Part shown: in pieces, positions 46,714 to 54,781 of the stretch | Position numbering within the stretch: position 1 is the first letter of the stretch | Layout of the letters: the number at the start of each line of letters is the position of its first letter | Assembly: GCA_024685655.1 (NCBI GenBank) | Contig: JAIKVO010000055.1 | Span: 1-61,604 of the forward strand | Source: Treponemataceae bacterium | GTDB taxonomy: Bacteria > Spirochaetota > Spirochaetia > Treponematales > Treponemataceae | Length of the DNA stretch: 61,604 nt | Reading direction: 5' to 3' | Notes under the pieces: generated by a model | What the model was told of the DNA's origin: nothing | The model's input: only the letters and a program-made list of their open reading frames with translations | The model's database searches: none | Translations under genes and position numbers: made by a program

Positions 46714-46720
46714 TTTTTAC

Positions 46721-47179
46721 TTACAAGACAGAAAAAGCTATTCCAACAAATACACCTAAAAAACAGCCCATGATAACTTCTGTTGGTTTATGTCCATGAA
46801 CCTCTTTGAGCGGCGTAAAATCTTCTATCAAACCTTTTTTTTTCAATTGCATTCCAAGTTCATTCAAAGATCTTGTCTGCAAGCCGCTTGAGCGTCTTAC
46901 TCCCATTGCATCTCTTACAACAACTAATGCGAAAGCTGTGGAAAGAATAAATATATCAGATGTGATTCCGTTCCTGAACCCAATTGAAACACAAAGAGAC
47001 ATAACAAGCGCAGTATGACTGGAAGGCATTCCTCCTGTCTTCCAGAACATAAGTTCTATTAACTCTTTTAACGAATGGACTTTGCCAGAAAGTAACTTTA
47101 TTATCGTCTTTATGAATTGTGCAGAAAACCAACTGAATACCAATGACAAAAACACAGGATTCGTTAGCAATAACTGCAT
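46721..47179 (-). CDS. divergent PAP2 / DUF212 (YuiD-like) membrane protein
   Basis: MQLLLTNPVF..AQFIK, GGMPSSHTALV, VRDAMGVRR and GHKPTEV match B. subtilis YuiD as I recall it. The longer ORF-track start (47257) would overlap the divergent rlu gene. Confidence 0.75.
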   Translation of the reverse strand: MQLLLTNPVFLSLVFSWFSAQFIKTIIKLLSGKVHSLKELIELMFWKTGGMPSSHTALVMSLCVSIGFRNGITSDIFILSTAFALVVVRDAMGVRRSSGLQTRSLNELGMQLKKKGLIEDFTPLKEVHGHKPTEVIMGCFLGVFVGIAFSVL

Positions 47180-47191
47180 CTGAAACTTTGC

Positions 47192-47220
47192 TTGACCTAG
47201 CATAATTACGTAAATATTAT
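47192..47220 (+). promoter_or_regulatory. promoter immediately upstream of the rluA-family ATG
   Basis: TTGACC (47192-47197), 17 nt, TATTAT (47215-47220), 7 nt (no SD), then ATG at 47228. Confidence 0.5.
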
Positions 47221-47227
47221 ATGTTAT

Positions 47228-48223
47228 ATGGATTTTTTGCAATACACAGCCGGTCATGATGATGACGGAAGACGGCTTGACAGAGTAATAAGAATAGTCC
47301 TCAAAGAATTGCCTATGACTGAAATATACAAATACATACGGAAAGGTCTTGTTCGTGTCAACGGCAAAAAATCAGAGTGCAGTTACAGAATAAAAAAAGA
47401 CGATCTGATAAAGATCCCAAAGATATCAGATTGCCAGACGAATACGAACAGCCAACATCTATCAGGGACTCAGAAAATTCAAAGTGTCTTTAAAAACTCT
47501 TATGTGTTATTCGTAAACAAACCTTACGGCATGGCTGTTCATGGCGGAGGTTCTTCAGGCACGTTCAATTTAGAGCAACTTGTTAAAGAACAATTCAAAA
47601 TTGAAAATTCATCTATTTCGTTCAGGACCGGTCCGCTACACAGAATTGACAGGCATACTACAGGACTCGTTGTTTTTTCACAAAATTCAGAAGGTGCGAA
47701 TATATTCTCGAATATGCTTCAAAATCATCTGGTTAAAAAGGAATATCTCACCGTACTTTGCGGTCATCTTCCTATGAAAGAAACATGGATCGATATAATA
47801 ACCGATTCTCCATATGAAGAATCTTCCAAAACACAAGGCTTTCATACAATGAGTATAATTAACTGCATATCATCAGAGGATAATAAAAAAATAGGAAAAA
47901 AAGCTCAAACCACTGCAAATCCAATTGCATACGGAAATTACGAAGGAATACCTATCACGCTTGCTTTAGTTGAAATTCAAACTGGCAGAAAACACCAAAT
48001 TCGTTGCCAATGCGCCCAGCATGGGTATCCGCTTTTAGGAGACACTGCATACAAAGGCACAAACCCGCAATCGATTAGCGGTCATTTTTTTCTTCATTCG
48101 TGGAGAATGTCATTTCCATCGGATAATAAAATAGAACTTCCAACCACAATTACTGCACCACTTCCTGAAAAATTCCGCTTTTTCATAAGAAATCACTTGT
48201 CGCAGTGTGAGTTCTCAATATAA
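47228..48223 (+). CDS. RluA-family 23S rRNA pseudouridine synthase with an S4 domain
   Basis: N-terminal S4-like RLDRVI...GLVRVNGK, and the catalytic motif HRIDRHTTGLVVF. Confidence 0.88.
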   Translation: MDFLQYTAGHDDDGRRLDRVIRIVLKELPMTEIYKYIRKGLVRVNGKKSECSYRIKKDDLIKIPKISDCQTNTNSQHLSGTQKIQSVFKNSYVLFVNKPYGMAVHGGGSSGTFNLEQLVKEQFKIENSSISFRTGPLHRIDRHTTGLVVFSQNSEGANIFSNMLQNHLVKKEYLTVLCGHLPMKETWIDIITDSPYEESSKTQGFHTMSIINCISSEDNKKIGKKAQTTANPIAYGNYEGIPITLALVEIQTGRKHQIRCQCAQHGYPLLGDTAYKGTNPQSISGHFFLHSWRMSFPSDNKIELPTTITAPLPEKFRFFIRNHLSQCEFSI

Positions 48224-48235
48224 TATATTTTGCGT

Positions 48236-49090
48236 ATGAACCTGTTGAATGATATTGTCTGGTGGGTAAAAGGTGTTACAGTTTTTGCACTTGTCGGTGA
48301 GAGCGGAACAGGCAAAAGTTTCCGTGCAAAGCTCCTGGCTCAAAAATACGGTATTGATATCATCATCGATGATGGACTTCTTATCCAGGATGATAAAATA
48401 ATTGCCGGACGTTCGGCAAAAAAAGAAAAAACTTTCCTTGCAGCCGTAAAAATCGCACTTTTTGATGATAAGTCACACCGCGATGATATTGCAAAAGCAT
48501 TACAAAAAATGAAAAACATAAAAAAAATACTTATACTCGGAACTTCCGAAAAGATGGTCAACAAAATAGCATTACGCCTTCAACTTCCAGCACCGTCCAA
48601 AATCATACATATCGAGGAGATTGCTACACAGGAAGAAATTGACAAAGCCATACGCACGAGACGTATTGAGGGGAAACATGTAATACCAGTTCCAGCTATT
48701 GAGATAAAACGAAATTATCCGCAAATTTTCTATAATACTGTTAAAGTATTTTTGAAGCGAAAAAACAAAAACAGCAGCAAGATTTTTGAAAAATCAGTTG
48801 TAAGACCGGAATTTTCAAAAAAAGGACGAATCAGTATATCTGAAGCGGCACTGTCTCAAATGGTAATGCACTGTGTGAATGAATTTGACAAGCAAATTCG
48901 CGTAAAAAAGCTTACAATAAAAACAGACACGCAAGGTTACAGATTTATAATTACAATAGATGTTCCGTTCGGAACTCAGCTAACAGGAAAAATTCATAGC
49001 ATGCAGCAATATATAATTGACAACATAGAAAAATTCACAGGTATTTTGATTGAAGAAGTGAGCATTATTATCGATAAAATAACACAATAA
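48236..49090 (+). CDS. HPr-kinase-like P-loop domain fused to an Asp23/Gls24-like domain
   Basis: GESGTGKSFRAKLLAQKYGIDIIIDDGLLI closely resembles the HprK/P C-terminal P-loop (GESG.GKSE.AL.L...GH.L.ADD). The C-terminal ~100 aa (ISISEAALSQMVMHCVNEF...IEEVSIIID) resemble Asp23. ATG 48236 is preferred over TTG 48230. Confidence 0.55.
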   Translation: MNLLNDIVWWVKGVTVFALVGESGTGKSFRAKLLAQKYGIDIIIDDGLLIQDDKIIAGRSAKKEKTFLAAVKIALFDDKSHRDDIAKALQKMKNIKKILILGTSEKMVNKIALRLQLPAPSKIIHIEEIATQEEIDKAIRTRRIEGKHVIPVPAIEIKRNYPQIFYNTVKVFLKRKNKNSSKIFEKSVVRPEFSKKGRISISEAALSQMVMHCVNEFDKQIRVKKLTIKTDTQGYRFIITIDVPFGTQLTGKIHSMQQYIIDNIEKFTGILIEEVSIIIDKITQ

Positions 49091-49095
49091 GCATA

Positions 49096-50283
49096 TTACA
49101 TCGATACAGCTACTTTCATTTCTTTTGAGTTTTCCAATACTTCTTCAGCAAGCTGAAGCTTTTCTTCTGTCTGTGTATCGATTCCCTTTCTTGACATTCT
49201 TTTCTTGGAAAAAGCATCTTTCGGTATTCTGATTGAGATACCAAGCTTTTTAAGGACAGTTCGTATTGCATACTCAAGTTCGGTCCGCTGTGGATTCATA
49301 GGCAGAACAAAATTGCGGCATTGTGTCCAAGTACGTGAATAAAGTTCTCCAGCTGCAGATGACGCGCATTCTTTTTTCCAATCTGTCAAACCTTCAATAA
49401 AGTCGTAGATTAGATATACAAGCTTCTGTCCTGTCCTGCAATCTGGATTTGCCACATGGAGCGCATCGAGTTCTTTTAGATGTGCAAGATAGTTTTTTTC
49501 AAAATCTGGTTTTGCGTACATCATAGCTGTTGCAGCAGGCTGAAGATACATATATACATCAGTTTCAAGCGCAAGCTGCACTATTTCGTATGAATGACCG
49601 GAGTTTATTATCTTTAACAGCTCTTCTGTCAGACGCGATGGAGAAACAGGAGAAAGCAAGCTAGCGGATTTACAAATTTTTCGTTTAAGCTGAAACGGCA
49701 TTTTGAAACCCGTTGTCGTAGCATATTTTACGGCACGAAGCATCCGTACAGGATCTTCCACAAATATACTGTCCAGCGGAATAACAGGTCGTATTACACG
49801 TTTTTTAATATCTCTGAACCCACCGACATAATCTATGCATTGCTCTTTTATCGGATCATAGTATAGTGCATTAAGCGTAAAATCACGCCGGCGGACATCT
49901 TCGTCCATAGTTCCAAAACTGTTTCCGACAGTACCTTCTGCAAGAGACCGAAATGTACTAACTTCAAAAATCTTAGATCCGAAAAAAATATGTACAAGAC
50001 GGAATCGTTTTCCAATTATCCTAGAATTTCTGAAAAGTTTCTTTATTTTTGACGGGGTTGCATTTGTTACTATATCAAAATCTTTGGGAGTATTTCCTAT
50101 GATAAGGTCCCGAACAGCTCCTCCTACTAAATATGCAGAAAATCCATAAATTCTAAGCTGTTCTATAATACGTATAGCATCTGTATCTATTTTGCTCTTA
50201 TCAATATGATGTTCATCTTTCGTGTAAACTACGGCTGTTTTTATTGGTCTGCCGTTTTTGTCATTGGAATATCGTGTAAGCAT
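49096..50283 (-). CDS. pcnB: poly(A) polymerase / tRNA nucleotidyltransferase family protein
   Basis: LVGGAVRDLIIGNTPKDFDIVT and RRRDFTLNALYYD. Confidence 0.82.
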   Translation of the reverse strand: MLTRYSNDKNGRPIKTAVVYTKDEHHIDKSKIDTDAIRIIEQLRIYGFSAYLVGGAVRDLIIGNTPKDFDIVTNATPSKIKKLFRNSRIIGKRFRLVHIFFGSKIFEVSTFRSLAEGTVGNSFGTMDEDVRRRDFTLNALYYDPIKEQCIDYVGGFRDIKKRVIRPVIPLDSIFVEDPVRMLRAVKYATTTGFKMPFQLKRKICKSASLLSPVSPSRLTEELLKIINSGHSYEIVQLALETDVYMYLQPAATAMMYAKPDFEKNYLAHLKELDALHVANPDCRTGQKLVYLIYDFIEGLTDWKKECASSAAGELYSRTWTQCRNFVLPMNPQRTELEYAIRTVLKKLGISIRIPKDAFSKKRMSRKGIDTQTEEKLQLAEEVLENSKEMKVAVSM

Positions 50284-50290
50284 TTAAGGT

Positions 50291-50319
50291 ACAATACAAA
50301 ATTTCATTATATTTTTCAA
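50291..50319 (-). promoter_or_regulatory. promoter immediately upstream of the pcnB ATG
   Basis: TTGAAA (50319-50314), 17 nt, TATTGT (50296-50291), 7 nt (accttaa, no SD), then ATG at 50283. Confidence 0.45.
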
Positions 50320-50539
50320 TATGTTATTTTTTTGAATTAATTGTATCGATATAACTAACTACCGTCATTTAACATTATATTTTGTGAAATTTGAAATACG
50401 ATTAGTCTATTCGCAACGTGGTTTCAAATGTGTTTAATGCAACTTGCTCGAAACTACGCTGTGAAACGCTAGTATTATGCAACGTACAAAACACGCAGTT
50501 TCTAGCAATCTATGCTTCAAATATCTTTGCGGATGTTGA

Positions 50540-51463
50540 TCACGTCCGCTTTGTTATCCAGTCCATAAGGTCTTTTTCGACTTCCTCATGGTTAAGTTCA
50601 TTTAAAAGCTCATGACGTGCATCTGGATAAAGCTTGAACGAAAGGTCTTGCATCCCGATTTTTTTATAGATGTTATTGAGTTTTGAAACAGATTTTCCAT
50701 ACTCACCAACAGGGTCTTCTGAACCTGAGAATATGAAAACAGGTAGATTTCTCGGGATTTTGTTTATGTTTTTCATCTTACCGATATTTGTAAGTCCTGC
50801 AAAAAAATCTGCAAAAAACTCAACTGTACAAAGGAAACCGCAATATGGATTGCCCTCATATTTTGAAAGCTCGGCGTAATCGCGCGAAATCCATGCGAAC
50901 GGTGATTTAGTGTCTGTTATCCGCTTCGTGTAAGAGCCGAATGCCATACCATTTATGAAAGTTGAACGGTGATGTCCTCCTTTGAAGAACCTTATTATTC
51001 CGGCTATACATGCTCCAGCGGATGTAAGCGGAATACGCGGACCTGCTGAACCGCAGAGCATACAGCCGTCTATTTCGTTGCCGAATTGTTCTATAAAGCT
51101 TTGAGAAACGAAAGAACCGAAAGAATGACCGAAAAGAAAAACTTTTTTTCCTGGAAAATCGGCACGGCATTTTTTTATCATCGCACGAAGGTCTAGCACT
51201 ACCCTTTGGAATCCGTCCTTGTCTGCAAGATAGCCTAAATCATCTTTTGTTTTAGCAGTCTCTCCATGTCCCCGATGGTCATGAGCATATAGAACATATC
51301 CGTTTTCAGCGAGTATTGTTCCAAATCGGTCGTATCGCATTGCGAATTCTGCCATGCCGTGACTAAGCTGGACAACGCCTTTTATTTCGCCGTCAGGAAC
51401 CCATGTGTGAAGAGCGATATCAACTCCATCATCCATTTTGACGAATACAGTTTCCTTTTTCAT
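50540..51463 (-). CDS. alpha/beta hydrolase (lysophospholipase / monoacylglycerol lipase-like)
   Basis: HGMAEF, DHRGHGET, the nucleophile elbow GHSFGS, and a C-terminal ARHEL. Confidence 0.85.
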   Translation of the reverse strand: MKKETVFVKMDDGVDIALHTWVPDGEIKGVVQLSHGMAEFAMRYDRFGTILAENGYVLYAHDHRGHGETAKTKDDLGYLADKDGFQRVVLDLRAMIKKCRADFPGKKVFLFGHSFGSFVSQSFIEQFGNEIDGCMLCGSAGPRIPLTSAGACIAGIIRFFKGGHHRSTFINGMAFGSYTKRITDTKSPFAWISRDYAELSKYEGNPYCGFLCTVEFFADFFAGLTNIGKMKNINKIPRNLPVFIFSGSEDPVGEYGKSVSKLNNIYKKIGMQDLSFKLYPDARHELLNELNHEEVEKDLMDWITKRT

Positions 51464-51500
51464 GTAGAACCCCCATGTTTTTTATGTTATACTATATGAC

Positions 51501-52859
51501 GTGATTATTATAGCAGAAAAAATCGTTTCTGGCGGAGATTCTTTGGCCAAAATTAACGGAAAAGCCGTTTTTGTGCCGCAGCTTCTGCCCGGCGAGAAAG
51601 CCGAGATAGAAATTGTTGAAAGCCATAAAGACTATGACCGCGGAAAAATTATAAAAATACTTGAAAAATCGCCTGTTCGGAGAGAACCGCCGTGTCCGTA
51701 TTATGGGATTTGCGGTGGTTGTAACTTGCAGATAGCCGATGACGAGGCTCAAAAGCAAATTCGGTTGCAGATTTTGCAGGATTGTTTCAGGCGAGCGATG
51801 CGTCTTAATGAAGATTCGCCCGAAGCCGAAGTCGTTTATAACGCGAAGATCATAAGCGGAGAAAGCTGGGGATACAGGAACAGGTTTCAGTTTCATTCGG
51901 GAGGCTTGAAACGGCGGGCTCAGGAAAGCATTGTCGCTCTTGATGACTGCCCGATTGCTGTACCGGAGGTACGCGAGCTTTTGAAAGGGAAAAAGCTTCC
52001 TGAACGATACGGACGGCTCCATGTTTTTAACGGAAATATAGCTGAGGAAAGCGACTTTTCGACGCACAGGTGTGTTTCTGAGCGAGATTTTCATAGACAC
52101 GAAGAAAACGATGATATTCAGGAAACATCTGCCATAATATGCGGCAAAACAATTCATTTTGATGTGCGCGGCTTTTTCCAGTCTAATATTGGTACGTTCA
52201 AAAAAGCTATTGAGGCTATAAAACCGATTGTCGCAAGCTATACAATCGGCGTGAAACGCTCACAAAATCGGTCCAGTGCGGATTCAGCGAATTGTACTCA
52301 ACACGAGACCAGCACGAGCGGTGCACAAAACTTGTCTGTCGCAAATGGCGAACTTCTCGACATGTATTCCGGTGTTGGCACGTTTTCCGCGCTGCTTGGC
52401 GACTTGTTCACAAAAACAACCCTTGTAGAACATAACCGCAAAGCACTTCGTTTCGCAGACAAAAACCTTACAGGCATTCCACATGACGTTTTTGCCATGA
52501 CAGGCGAAAAATGGGTTCACACACAAGCGGCGCATAAAAACTACGATGCTGTTATTATAGATCCTCCACGTTCGGGCATTGAGAAGCCTGTCATGAACTG
52601 GCTTTGTGGGAACGCCGCCAGCCCCAACAGTGCGAACACATCCAGCTCAGCCAGCGGTAAAACAAGTGCTCACGCCAAGCAGCGCGGAAACTCTCCAAAT
52701 GTAATTTTTTCAGTTTCATGCGATCCTGTTACACATGCAAGAGACGCCGCATTACTGACAGCGGCAGGCTTCAAGATAAAAACGCTTATGATGCTCGACT
52801 TTTATCCGCAGACGAGCCATATAGAAAGCTTTGCAGTGTTTGAATCAATCAGGAGCTGA
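51501..52859 (+). CDS. RumA/TrmA-family 23S rRNA (uracil-C5)-methyltransferase (GTG start) with low-complexity insertions
   Basis: N-terminal TRAM-like domain, Fe-S Cys motif CPYYGICGGCNLQ, SAM motif DMYSGVGTFS, then DPPRSG and VSCDPVT. Confidence 0.85.
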   Translation: MIIIAEKIVSGGDSLAKINGKAVFVPQLLPGEKAEIEIVESHKDYDRGKIIKILEKSPVRREPPCPYYGICGGCNLQIADDEAQKQIRLQILQDCFRRAMRLNEDSPEAEVVYNAKIISGESWGYRNRFQFHSGGLKRRAQESIVALDDCPIAVPEVRELLKGKKLPERYGRLHVFNGNIAEESDFSTHRCVSERDFHRHEENDDIQETSAIICGKTIHFDVRGFFQSNIGTFKKAIEAIKPIVASYTIGVKRSQNRSSADSANCTQHETSTSGAQNLSVANGELLDMYSGVGTFSALLGDLFTKTTLVEHNRKALRFADKNLTGIPHDVFAMTGEKWVHTQAAHKNYDAVIIDPPRSGIEKPVMNWLCGNAASPNSANTSSSASGKTSAHAKQRGNSPNVIFSVSCDPVTHARDAALLTAAGFKIKTLMMLDFYPQTSHIESFAVFESIRS

Positions 52860-52863
52860 CCGC

Positions 52864-54555
52864 ATGAGAAAGCTGCGAATATCGTTTAATAAGCTTTTTT
52901 TCTTTTTTTTGACGCTTTTATTTATCATATTTGCGCCAAATCTTTTTGCAGAAAACGATATTTTCAGACAGCTTGCATTAAGCGGCAAAGTTATATCAAC
53001 TCCTTTTGAAGTCAACTCCAGGATTGTCGCAATTACTGACGGTGGATTCATATCAACTTTCTCTACCGATGGTTACAGAAAATACGAACGGCCACTAAAA
53101 AACAGACCATCACGGGACTATACAGTCACTAAAAACGGTATAATATTTTCTGTCTCCAGCAATCGTAAGACAATTTCGTTTTTCAATCCTGACGGGTACT
53201 ATGTCTGGGGGTACACGTTCGAAGAAGATATCTCTAATTATCCTGTAATGGGATATGATGGCAGAATTTTCGTCTGCACAAATAAATCACTTTATTGTTT
53301 CGGAATTACGGGAAATTTACGCTGGCAAAATAGTATTCCTGCCGAAATAACAGAACCAATAAAAACTTTGAATGATGGTTCTCTGCTTTGTATAAGCACA
53401 CTACTAGGAAAAGACAGCATAGGATACAGATATACGCCATACGGAGATTTTTTGGAAGAAATTACATTCAACCGAAAAGCGATTCTCACCGCAGAACATG
53501 AACAAGGCGTTTTGATGCTTTTTTCGGATGGAACTTTCGGATGTTGTTCGGTCAAAGACAATAAAGCCATAAGTTGTTGGGCATCAATACCCATACAGAA
53601 CTTAGATATTACTTCAGAAACAACCTCTTCGGCTTATATTTTACGATTAAGCAGTAAGTTAGTTTCTGTCCTTTATCCAAACGGTATTATAATTACATTC
53701 AATACAGATGACGGAACAGAAATATACAGAACGGCAGTTTCAAGCGGCTTTACAAAAGGTTCTCTTTTCTATGGCGCAGGAAAACTTTTGGTAATCGCAG
53801 AGTTCTCCCAAGAAACATATTTCTACGTGATGAATCCTGAAAACGGAGAATTGATTTGGACCGGGGTGCGAAAAAAAACAGGCGAAACAATATACTTTTA
53901 TACAAGTGACGGATATCTTCTTGAATTCACTGAAAACTGGGTACTTTCTGTCTCAAAGCCTCCTCAGGGGGATTTGGAAAACGCAAGGATGGAAACAGTT
54001 CAACCCATCGAAAGGCCTCATTTTTACAAAAGCTATACTAAAAATTCTGATGAAATCTATACTCAAAACATATTGGAAGGATTTGATGAGCTTATGATGT
54101 CCCTGCTTCCAGTATCAAATCCAACCGCATATACAGGAATAGACCCTTCTCTATTTGAGAAAGACCTTATTACATCGCTTCAATGCATACAAAATGCATC
54201 AATTACCGGTTACGATTTTTCATCGCAAATCGGTGATATTATCATCTATTCGAACAGCGAGCTTTTGGTAAACACGGCATTGGATTACGGATTAAAGAAT
54301 GGCTATGACCCGGACTCCCACATGTTGAAAGCCATATACACTTTTATAAACTCTCCTCACACATTTACATGTTCTGATACTCTGTACAAAAAAATGTGCG
54401 ATGTTGTCTCCTCAATTTGTCAGTTTACAGGTGCAGAAGTATTTCAGAACTATGGCAGCAGAATACTTGTAAAATTTATGTCATCTGGATACAGTACAAG
54501 CGTAAAAGAATACGCTGTCAATGTTATGAAATCGCTTATGACTCTTCAGATATAA
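52864..54555 (+). CDS. secreted protein with a PQQ/BamB-like beta-propeller N-terminal half
   Basis: Signal peptide MRKLRISFNKLFFFFLTLLFIIFAPNLFA after the SD AGGAG. Repeated DG.I...... motifs occur (DGRIFVCTNKSLYCFGITGNLRWQ). I recognised nothing in the C-terminal ~190 aa. Confidence 0.55.
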   Translation: MRKLRISFNKLFFFFLTLLFIIFAPNLFAENDIFRQLALSGKVISTPFEVNSRIVAITDGGFISTFSTDGYRKYERPLKNRPSRDYTVTKNGIIFSVSSNRKTISFFNPDGYYVWGYTFEEDISNYPVMGYDGRIFVCTNKSLYCFGITGNLRWQNSIPAEITEPIKTLNDGSLLCISTLLGKDSIGYRYTPYGDFLEEITFNRKAILTAEHEQGVLMLFSDGTFGCCSVKDNKAISCWASIPIQNLDITSETTSSAYILRLSSKLVSVLYPNGIIITFNTDDGTEIYRTAVSSGFTKGSLFYGAGKLLVIAEFSQETYFYVMNPENGELIWTGVRKKTGETIYFYTSDGYLLEFTENWVLSVSKPPQGDLENARMETVQPIERPHFYKSYTKNSDEIYTQNILEGFDELMMSLLPVSNPTAYTGIDPSLFEKDLITSLQCIQNASITGYDFSSQIGDIIIYSNSELLVNTALDYGLKNGYDPDSHMLKAIYTFINSPHTFTCSDTLYKKMCDVVSSICQFTGAEVFQNYGSRILVKFMSSGYSTSVKEYAVNVMKSLMTLQI

Positions 54556-54676
54556 AGCTTGCCCCGAAATACTGAAGTTGCTGGAGATTGCCATAGATAC
54601 AAGACATGAACAAATGTCCGAAACCGATTCAATAATTGCATTTACCAATATTTTTTATTTCTTATACAAAAGAAGG

Positions 54677-54705
54677 CTTTAAAAGTTTTCTGATTGTGGT
54701 ATAAT
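54677..54705 (+). promoter_or_regulatory. extended -10 promoter for the P83/100-like gene
   Basis: TGgTATAAT (hexamer 54700-54705) with a weak -35 (CTTTAA). A ~70-nt leader precedes the SD AGGAG and ATG at 54782. Confidence 0.5.
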
Positions 54706-54781
54706 GTTTTTATTCGAAAAGATTTTTGTCAGTAAACTTGCTACGGAATTATTTCGATATGGAAGTACACAGGAGAAAAAT

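Noticed and set aside
46721-47257. Full-length 178-aa version of the PAP2/DUF212 ORF, which overlaps the divergent rluA-family gene by 30 nt.
   Set aside because: Homology to YuiD-type proteins begins at MQLLLTNPVF (start at 47179). The upstream extension covers the rlu promoter region and has no homologous counterpart.
50284-50539. 256-nt spacer upstream of pcnB with recurring GCAACGT motifs, the same core as the palindrome at 352-369. It also contains an 8-bp inverted repeat, ATTTGAAA/TTTCAAAT. I considered a shared regulator site or a small RNA.
   Set aside because: A 7-mer is expected several times by chance in about 123 kb of two-strand sequence, and the copies here are single half-sites with irregular spacing. 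I could recognise no known ncRNA signature (tmRNA, SRP or 6S). It might be worth a cmscan, but I cannot support it.
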